This document shows, one piece after another, positions 57,325 to 64,000 of a stretch of 64,000 bases of DNA (within the stretch, counting starts at the first letter, position 1; every line of letters begins with the position of its first letter). The stretch comes from an uncultured Nitrososphaerota archaeon. GTDB taxonomy: Archaea; Thermoproteota; EX4484-205; JAAOZO01. Made by a program: the position numbers and the translations under genes. The notes beneath the pieces are model-generated. The model was given only the letters and a program-made list of their open reading frames with translations, made no database searches and was not told the origin of the DNA. The stretch is taken from positions 3,681 to 67,680 of the forward strand of contig CAYOYV010000007.1 in NCBI GenBank assembly GCA_964408285.1, read 5' to 3'.

Positions 57325-59658
57325 TCAGCGTTTCTTTCGTATTGTCTCAAGCGATGTCGCGGCAATCGCTCCGAGTATCATACCAATAACTGCGCCGATT
57401 ACTAGGAATGTGATTTTCGCAGGAGTTATCAGTGGCTCGACCGGCTGCAATATGCTGAGAATTATCTTCTCGCTATCAGACGCCTTATAGTAAGCTTGCT
57501 CTTCGACATGAGACATGAGCTCGTATTGCCCGGGTGAGAAATCAGAAACGAATAGGCCGTAGGCACCATCCTTGTCAGTCCTCAGGATAGATGACCAAGT
57601 TGCCTTCTTGCTGGAGACGACTACAATAACACCGATGTCCTCGACGGGCCTACCCTTTGCGTCCTTTACCGAGCCACTCAGCAAGGCTGTAGAGCCGAAT
57701 GTCATAGATGTTGCATTTGACCTCAGGGTGATAGTCGTTGAAGCTTTCTCGACTCTCATCGGAATGATCGTGCTGCTTCCCAGATAGAACTTGCTTCCCT
57801 CCCAGAAAACGAGAGCCATGTAGTCTCCGTCTGCGAATTTTACCGACATGTTATAAGAGAATCTGCCCTGATCATCAGTCTCAACGCTGGCCAGGGCAGT
57901 TTGTGTACCGTCATCGTTGAGCAACTTGATTGTCACTTCGGCCTTCTGTTCCGGAGTTATTGCGCCGCTCAGCATGATCTCGTCTCCGTACTGCGGCGAT
58001 GATGAATTCAGAGCAGCGGTAAGCGTGCTTGGCATCTTCTCTATTATCCCCACCTCGAGTTGACTTGTCACCGTTACTCCTCCGTAGCTGCACTCTATGA
58101 GGACTGTGTAGTTGCCTTTGGCTGGAGGAACGGAGCCCACTATCAACGTTAGCGCCGCTGAAACAGATCCGAATTTCTGCATGTTTAGCGTTTCCTCTCC
58201 GATCTTTGACACCAGCCCAGGTGGAAGGCCCCTGAGAGTTATCCTCGGCTGGATCGTATAGTTTGTCTCCGAGGCGACCTCAATCTTCACCGAGGCATTG
58301 TAACCGCTGAGATTCGGAAGCGTCACGTAGTTCGGCGCTATAGAAAGCGTGAATTTCGGGGGAGGCAGTTTCACTACCAGCCTTATGTCAAGGGTGTGAT
58401 TTTTCCCTCCGCCGAAGGCAGAGATCCGAAACACGATATCTCCCGGGACAGAGTTCCAGCTTGCGTACAGACTCAGAAATGACGATGCCTTCCCACCCGC
58501 AGATAGAGCCAACGAGGTTGTAGAGAGATTCGCGACAACGCCTTCTGGAATCCCAGACAAGGCGAGATTGACGGACGATGAGAAACCGTATTTTGATCTA
58601 ATCGTCAAGTTGATGCCTTGCTTCGTTCCGCCGACCACCAACGTGAGCGATGTGATATTGGCTTCCAGCGAGAAATCCGGCTCAGCTACCTCGAATGCAG
58701 CTATGCGTGAGGCGGACTCATACTCATCATTTCCGGGCCAATAAGCCTGAACTTCATAGTTACCGATTTCAGTTGGAGTGTTTGTCCAAGTATATGTGAA
58801 GGAACTGGATGAATCAGTTGAAATTACGGTTATGGTGATCCAAGTTCCTGTAACAGACCTATAGAATAGCGATATTGCCGTCCCACCCATGGTTGGAGAG
58901 AGGGATCCGCTAATGACAATTTGGGTTCCTGCATTTATTGCGTTTGGAGATAGAGTTAGCGATATTGAACTCTCCTTCTTCCTCGCCGAGAATGTGGCTG
59001 GAGAACTTGTCGCTCCTTGGTAATCATTGTTTCCCGCCCAACTCGCCTGAACTTGATATGTCCCGAGTTGATCCGGCGTGTAGCTGTCAGAATAGGCTCC
59101 ACCTGAGGAAGTCGTCCGAGTGCGAATCTCTGAGCCACCTCCGGGCTTGGTATAGGTTATCGCGACCGAGACTCCCACGACAGCTGGAAAGATGGCACCG
59201 GAGATTGTAACACTCTGCCCTCTCAGGACTGACGGCGGAGAGGCGGAGCAAGAAATGCTCGTCGCAATTCTGGGTACAATAACATCTAACCGCATACTTG
59301 AGGAGTTAAGGGGCACTGTCTGTGAATTCGATCCAGATCTTGAACCGAAGGTTGCTTGAACAGTTATTAAGTCTCCGGGGCCGTTTACAGTGAGCGTGAC
59401 TGCATACCTGCCTTGCGGATCGGTAGTCGTTGATCCCTGATCTATTGGAGATCTCACGACCACCGTTGCTCCAGATAAGGCACTCCCTATGTCATCTCTA
59501 ACGAACCCGTAGACATTGAACGGTACACCAATCCCCATTACAGAACTCAGGCTGCAGGAACCCAAGAGCAACATTATCAGCGTGAGTAGTATGATCCAAT
59601 GGGATCGTGATCTTGAGTCGGCCACCATCGTTGGATTCCCCATGTCAGCCAGCTTCAT
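57325..59658 (-). CDS. cell-surface protein: CarboxypepD_reg-like domain plus multiple Ig-like/CARDB-like domains, C-terminal TM anchor
   Basis: A signal peptide 'HWIILLTLIMLLLGSCS' precedes 'VYGFVRDDIGSALSGATVVV' and several β-sandwich modules. The C-terminus reads 'ITFLVIGAVIGMILGAIAATSLETIRKKR'. The ORF is open to 59841, and the start preferred here overlaps the upstream gene by 14 nt. Confidence 0.55.
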   Translation of the reverse strand: MKLADMGNPTMVADSRSRSHWIILLTLIMLLLGSCSLSSVMGIGVPFNVYGFVRDDIGSALSGATVVVRSPIDQGSTTTDPQGRYAVTLTVNGPGDLITVQATFGSRSGSNSQTVPLNSSSMRLDVIVPRIATSISCSASPPSVLRGQSVTISGAIFPAVVGVSVAITYTKPGGGSEIRTRTTSSGGAYSDSYTPDQLGTYQVQASWAGNNDYQGATSSPATFSARKKESSISLTLSPNAINAGTQIVISGSLSPTMGGTAISLFYRSVTGTWITITVISTDSSSSFTYTWTNTPTEIGNYEVQAYWPGNDEYESASRIAAFEVAEPDFSLEANITSLTLVVGGTKQGINLTIRSKYGFSSSVNLALSGIPEGVVANLSTTSLALSAGGKASSFLSLYASWNSVPGDIVFRISAFGGGKNHTLDIRLVVKLPPPKFTLSIAPNYVTLPNLSGYNASVKIEVASETNYTIQPRITLRGLPPGLVSKIGEETLNMQKFGSVSAALTLIVGSVPPAKGNYTVLIECSYGGVTVTSQLEVGIIEKMPSTLTAALNSSSPQYGDEIMLSGAITPEQKAEVTIKLLNDDGTQTALASVETDDQGRFSYNMSVKFADGDYMALVFWEGSKFYLGSSTIIPMRVEKASTTITLRSNATSMTFGSTALLSGSVKDAKGRPVEDIGVIVVVSSKKATWSSILRTDKDGAYGLFVSDFSPGQYELMSHVEEQAYYKASDSEKIILSILQPVEPLITPAKITFLVIGAVIGMILGAIAATSLETIRKKR

Positions 59659-62600
59659 AATATAAATCGCACTCCACATTTGAGAAAACAAAATACCCAC
59701 ATCCGGGAACAATCGCAAAGTCAGGCTGAGGTATTCCGAATTCGGCCAGTTTTCGGTCATGCGATGTGTATTTCTGAGTGGTGGAATTGAAAGCAAAAAC
59801 GCTGTCGATTGCGCTGAAACGAATGAAGGCTGAAGTGACATTGCTATTCTCTGTATAAGTCCATCCCAGCAAGTTGTAACCTGTTTTCAAGTGTACATTC
59901 CGCCGAAAGACGTTGTCTATTCCAATTAAAGTGAAGTCTTTGTCACTTTCTACATACACGAAGTAGCCGGCGTTCGGCTCTATCTCGAAGTCCGGTTGAG
60001 GTATCCCGAACTCTACCAGCTTTCTGTCATATGACACATAGTTTCCAGCAGTGGCGTTGTACATGAAAACGCTCTGCGAAGCATTCCCGATCAGTTTGAG
60101 CAGCGATGATGCCGTGAGACTCTCATTCAACAGGGGCAAAGACATCAGGTTATAACCCTGCTTGAGATGTAAAGTCATATTGCGTTTTGTGCCAAACTTC
60201 ACCCGAAGGGATCTCCATTTGAGTCCCTCAGTGATCCCCTGCGCTTCCCTGCCCGTTGCGTTATATAGATAGTCGCCGACCACGTTGGCCGTGACATTGA
60301 AGATGGCGTAGCCTGAAGAATTCGTCCTGACCTGTTGCGAAGAGGAATTTCCAGCCAGCTCCACAAGAGCATTTGATATCGAGGAGCCATTATGGGCCCA
60401 CACGACCCGGGCCAATATTCTGACTGTGCCATTGACTGCACACATGGTTGCATTTGAAAGGATCTCACTTATGTTCAGCCCCGTCCAAGTGAATGCGTGA
60501 GCCCATTCATTCTCCGAAACGTTGAATTCGCCAGATGGGTCGCGGACTCCCTTGACGACATAAATGCGGGATAGTGCGGTGATTTCCTGAACTGTGAAGT
60601 TACCCCAACCAGTGCTATTCGTCAGGGCACTGGTTCCGTTGAGTGATATACTCCCTCCCGCTATGCTGCTCGAGTTGTGGGCAAATGCCAAGTGAGCATA
60701 GACTTGTATGATGTCCCCTGCGTTGACTAGATCGCTGTTCCAAGTCATCACGTCGATTCTCAGCGCGGTCCAGGTGACCGTGACGTTCTTCTTCATCGTG
60801 CACTTCGTGACAAGGCCTAGGGAATCGGAAATCACTTCGGCGATCAAGACGTACTTGCCAGCCAGATTCCTAGTGATATTCAGCGAGGCCCATCCAGTCT
60901 GATTTGTGGGGCTTTGTGTTCCATCCACTGCTATGATGGCATTTACGATTGCCGAATTGTTGTGTGCCCATCTCGACTGGACTTTCACGTGGGCAGATTC
61001 TCCGATGTTCAATAAGGAGTCATTGGACCATATCGATGTGACCCATAATTCAGACCATGTCAGCTTCAGAGTTGTCAGTTCAGTGGAATTGGTTACGTAG
61101 CCAAACGCATCCCTCAGTGCTTTCACTCTATAGACCCATTCTGCAGGGAGGTCATTCGTCACCGCGACCTTCGCCCAGCCTGAGGCATTCGCGAAACCAG
61201 TTGAAGCCGAACCATTGACGCCCACTTGGCTTCCAATCGCTGCGGAGCCATTGTGTGCCCAGGTGATCTTTGCAAGTATTTCTATCGGGCTTCCTGTGTT
61301 GGCCATTCTCCTATCCACTTGAACCTGAGCCACAACCAATTGCGTCCATGCAACTGCAATTGTTCTCGATATGCCCTTGGTTATCTGACCGGTTGAATCG
61401 TTCAACGGCTCCAGGACGTAGGTGAATCTCGTGACGTTGACCTTCGGTTGAAGCAGAAAGCTTACCCAGCCAGTACCATTCGAAGTCTCGGTTCCAAGCG
61501 TGGAATTCAAGCTCACGTGGGCTCCCACCACAACTGAATTGTTGTGACCCCAGATGACCTTTGCATATAGTGTGATATTGTTGTCTAGGTTCACGACTGA
61601 GGCCGGCGAAGCATTGACTGGGTTCAGACGCAGGTCGGTCCAGATGATGCTTTTCTGTCCGAACGTGTCATTTATCGCCGTCAGCCCATAGAGGTTGTCG
61701 ATCATTGAGCTGATAAGGAAGGTGAATTTCCTTGGATCATTCGAGGTATAGTTGAGCTCCCACCTGCTCCTTGAACCGAACCATGTCATCTGGGAGCCAT
61801 TCAGGTAGATTTTCCCACACGTGGAATTGAACTGGGTCAGGTCATACTCATACTGCGCCTTTAACCAGATCGTTTCGGTGAGACCAGTGTTCACGAAAGT
61901 CGCACTGACCCCTCCGCCGAATAGTATGATCCTGTCCCAGATCGCGTTCCTCGAGCCAGCGAGATCGTCGATTCCAGTTATCCCATTTGCTGTATCCTGA
62001 ACAGCAGTGACTTGATAGGTTACCTTCTGAACCGAGGACCTGCTTTCATTCAGCTCCCATCTTTGCCTGGCAGCAGACCAGGTCGCGTTCTTTCCATTTA
62101 TTTGAACGATCCCCTTACCGGAATCTAAGCTAGCGTTATCGTATCTGTAGACGACCTTGTACCAAATCGTGATATTACGCCCCACATCATCACGGCCATC
62201 GCTGGCGCCTCCTGAGGATATCCTTATCCTATCGCAAATCATCGTCCGGCTTGAGCTGAAGGATCCATTATTTCCGGCTCGGTCACGAGCCCTTACGCGC
62301 CAATACCAGAGCCCCAAAGAGAGATTCTGTGTCAGAGTATAGTTTGTGGCAGCTATTCCAGATATCCTCCTGAGGTTCCCTGTGTTGAACGACATTGAGG
62401 TATCTACCTCCAAGGTGTAGTTCGCAACTCCGCTGAGATCATCTGTTGCAGCGGTCCAGTTCAGGAAGGGTTTTGGATTGACACGGGCTCCGCTGATTGG
62501 ACGAGACTGGGTCGGAGTGCTCGGAGGCGTCATGTCCTTGTTTATTCCATATAGGAGGTAAACTTGATAGAGTTCATATAGATGATCGTAGCTGGACGTG

Positions 62601-64000
62601 AAGTAGGTCCAGAACTCGTTGATGCTGTTCGGTTTCCGCTGCTTCATGACATCGAATATCTCATCGAATCCATCCGATGAAGTCCCGCTTGGATAAGCCA
62701 AGTTGTCGTCATTGATTGGATCGAAGATGTCCCAGAGTATGCTGGCCACAGAGCCCTCCACAATGTCCCCGTCCATATCTCCGACATCCTGGCAGTTGTA
62801 CCAGTCGTTTGTCTCCATGTTCCCTCCATGTCCATTATAATACCCGTAGCTCCAGTATCCTGCCACTGGATCATTCTCTACTGCGGATGTCATGAACTCA
62901 GACCAGCCCTCCACAAACGCAAATCCTGGGCTTGACTCGCTCCAGATGTAATGAGGATCAGGGCCCGAGCCAGAGGGGAAGTATCCATAGAGCTCATACA
63001 TCACACAATGCGCGTACTCGTGATAGACCACCCACTTGTCCCAGTTGAAGGCCGACCTGTCAGGGAAATGCATTGAATCGCCATGCGAGTGAGGCCAGCT
63101 CTGATATGGCCATCTTGCGTCGACAACGGAACGCGCCCAGCTTGTCCTCGTGAGTATCCACAGCGATTGTTTCTTGCAGTAGACTGCAATCACCCAAGCG
63201 TCATTGTAGCTTGATGGGTAGAGGGTTCCATAGTCGACAACGCCTCCATCTGGAACGTCCATTTGCGTTGATGTCACTGCCTCGTAGATTTGCCCCAGCG
63301 AAGTCCTCGTTGTGGCTGCGCCTTGGGTTTCGCTGCGAACACCGACACGAACATCAAGACCGCCGGAAGAATCGTTGTTGAGAACCCTGAAGTAATAGCT
63401 GCCATTCGCATCAGTGAAATTCTCCGCTACGATCCTGTATGTATTGGGCGGCTCATAGTCATACAGGATTACGTGAGTGTATATCATTGGCCTTAAGTTG
63501 TTGTCTGTATCCATGAACAGGAACGAGCCCCTTACTGTTACGTATCCCGAGTTCGAATTGGAGCCTCCGCTGCTGGGAGGAGATTTGGGTTCTTCAAAGG
63601 GCACTACCATAACCCTGATGAATTCATCTGTGACAGAAGATGAGGCCATTGTGTCTGGAGGAGAGACATGGAGGTAATACCCCGAGACTATCTTCCTCGA
63701 ACCGACTTGGCCCTTCACCAGTACTGCGACATATGAATCGGTTTCCAACTTTGGAGATACAAAGAAGACGACCCTTGTGATCTGGCCTGCCTTCAGGTCT
63801 CCGAGTGTAATGGTTTTGCTCGAGGTAGCGTTCACAGTGACTAACCGGCGTGGTGCGAATATGGCCACCTCTACGTCTCCCACGCTGGATTCTGGGCTAA
63901 GAGAGAGTTCGACCTCGGCAGTCTCGTTGGTCTTCAGCGAAGCGGTTCTCGGATTGAGTCTACCAGCGAATACATCATACTTGGCAGGGGAGTAGATCGA
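59645..64000 (-). CDS. giant secreted protein (5'-partial): gluzincin-like HEXXH metalloprotease domain, seven ~97-aa tandem β-repeats and two C-terminal ~80-aa repeats
   Basis: The frame stays open through the window edge at 64000, and the track start at 63883 is a GTG. 'VVYHEYAHCVMYE...FAFVEGWSEF' gives HExxH plus a downstream Glu at about 63008..63022. The repeats are heavily studded with N-x-S/T sequons. Confidence 0.6.
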   Translation of the reverse strand, partial: SIYSPAKYDVFAGRLNPRTASLKTNETAEVELSLSPESSVGDVEVAIFAPRRLVTVNATSSKTITLGDLKAGQITRVVFFVSPKLETDSYVAVLVKGQVGSRKIVSGYYLHVSPPDTMASSSVTDEFIRVMVVPFEEPKSPPSSGGSNSNSGYVTVRGSFLFMDTDNNLRPMIYTHVILYDYEPPNTYRIVAENFTDANGSYYFRVLNNDSSGGLDVRVGVRSETQGAATTRTSLGQIYEAVTSTQMDVPDGGVVDYGTLYPSSYNDAWVIAVYCKKQSLWILTRTSWARSVVDARWPYQSWPHSHGDSMHFPDRSAFNWDKWVVYHEYAHCVMYELYGYFPSGSGPDPHYIWSESSPGFAFVEGWSEFMTSAVENDPVAGYWSYGYYNGHGGNMETNDWYNCQDVGDMDGDIVEGSVASILWDIFDPINDDNLAYPSGTSSDGFDEIFDVMKQRKPNSINEFWTYFTSSYDHLYELYQVYLLYGINKDMTPPSTPTQSRPISGARVNPKPFLNWTAATDDLSGVANYTLEVDTSMSFNTGNLRRISGIAATNYTLTQNLSLGLWYWRVRARDRAGNNGSFSSSRTMICDRIRISSGGASDGRDDVGRNITIWYKVVYRYDNASLDSGKGIVQINGKNATWSAARQRWELNESRSSVQKVTYQVTAVQDTANGITGIDDLAGSRNAIWDRIILFGGGVSATFVNTGLTETIWLKAQYEYDLTQFNSTCGKIYLNGSQMTWFGSRSRWELNYTSNDPRKFTFLISSMIDNLYGLTAINDTFGQKSIIWTDLRLNPVNASPASVVNLDNNITLYAKVIWGHNNSVVVGAHVSLNSTLGTETSNGTGWVSFLLQPKVNVTRFTYVLEPLNDSTGQITKGISRTIAVAWTQLVVAQVQVDRRMANTGSPIEILAKITWAHNGSAAIGSQVGVNGSASTGFANASGWAKVAVTNDLPAEWVYRVKALRDAFGYVTNSTELTTLKLTWSELWVTSIWSNDSLLNIGESAHVKVQSRWAHNNSAIVNAIIAVDGTQSPTNQTGWASLNITRNLAGKYVLIAEVISDSLGLVTKCTMKKNVTVTWTALRIDVMTWNSDLVNAGDIIQVYAHLAFAHNSSSIAGGSISLNGTSALTNSTGWGNFTVQEITALSRIYVVKGVRDPSGEFNVSENEWAHAFTWTGLNISEILSNATMCAVNGTVRILARVVWAHNGSSISNALVELAGNSSSQQVRTNSSGYAIFNVTANVVGDYLYNATGREAQGITEGLKWRSLRVKFGTKRNMTLHLKQGYNLMSLPLLNESLTASSLLKLIGNASQSVFMYNATAGNYVSYDRKLVEFGIPQPDFEIEPNAGYFVYVESDKDFTLIGIDNVFRRNVHLKTGYNLLGWTYTENSNVTSAFIRFSAIDSVFAFNSTTQKYTSHDRKLAEFGIPQPDFAIVPGCGYFVFSNVECDLYYEAG
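60194..62233 (-). repeat. intragenic tandem repeat array (7 × ~291 nt) encoding W-A-H-N-x-S...N-G-T...T-N-x-T-G-W modules
   Basis: Each protein repeat ends in W or F: aa 551-649, 650-748, 749-846, 847-943, 944-1038, 1039-1133 and 1134-1230 of the giant ORF. Confidence 0.55.

Noticed and set aside
1-64000. CRISPR arrays, IS elements or integrases
   Set aside because: There are no regularly spaced direct repeats and no transposase-like, integrase-like or Cas-like ORFs. The only repeats are intragenic protein-coding tandem repeats and short operator-like elements.

Overview
This 64 kb window is densely coded, with about 50 protein-coding genes on both strands. I found no rRNA, tRNA, CRISPR array, transposase or integrase.

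The source organism is probably an archaeon, by inference only. Several large secreted proteins end in a single transmembrane helix followed by a basic tail, carry no LPXTG motif, and are extremely rich in N-x-S/T sequons, which is typical of archaeal N-glycosylated surface proteins. Several genes use GTG or TTG starts.

Gene content falls into five groups:
- Small-molecule enzymes: two nitroreductases, an amidohydrolase, a PaaK-like ligase, flavodoxin, an Eis-like GNAT, a PfkB kinase, a C-N hydrolase, an S9 prolyl oligopeptidase, an SDR epimerase, a SAM methyltransferase, a HAD hydrolase, an isochorismatase-like protein, an AMP-dependent ligase and an ICMT-like methyltransferase.
- Carbohydrate-active proteins: a heparinase II/III-like protein with an N-terminal zinc ribbon, a GH36-like enzyme, a GHL10-like enzyme, a nucleotide-sugar dehydrogenase and an MFS/GPH transporter.
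- Three proteins related to DNA-alkylation repair, scattered through the window: an AlkD-like protein, an MGMT-fold protein lacking the acceptor cysteine, and a YcaQ/AlkZ-like winged-helix protein.
- Surface biology: a transglutaminase-like protein paired with a surface protein; an FtsEX-like ABC module translationally coupled to a 760-aa extracytoplasmic coiled-coil protein; and a giant protein (more than 1450 aa, 5'-partial) that joins a metalloprotease-like domain to tandem repeats, followed by an Ig-like/CarboxypepD_reg surface protein.
- Remnants and paralogues: a truncated paralogue of the PaaK-like ligase, and paralogue pairs of the nitroreductase and DUF998 genes.

Non-coding signals:
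- A roughly 52-nt upstream motif shared by two genes.
- A 10-nt-periodic CGTTCA triple repeat inside a 600-nt gene-free region.
- Recurrent aCGCGCGt-type palindromes placed exactly between convergent genes.

Every family assignment comes from reading motifs in the translations, not from database searches, and should be confirmed with HMM or BLAST searches.
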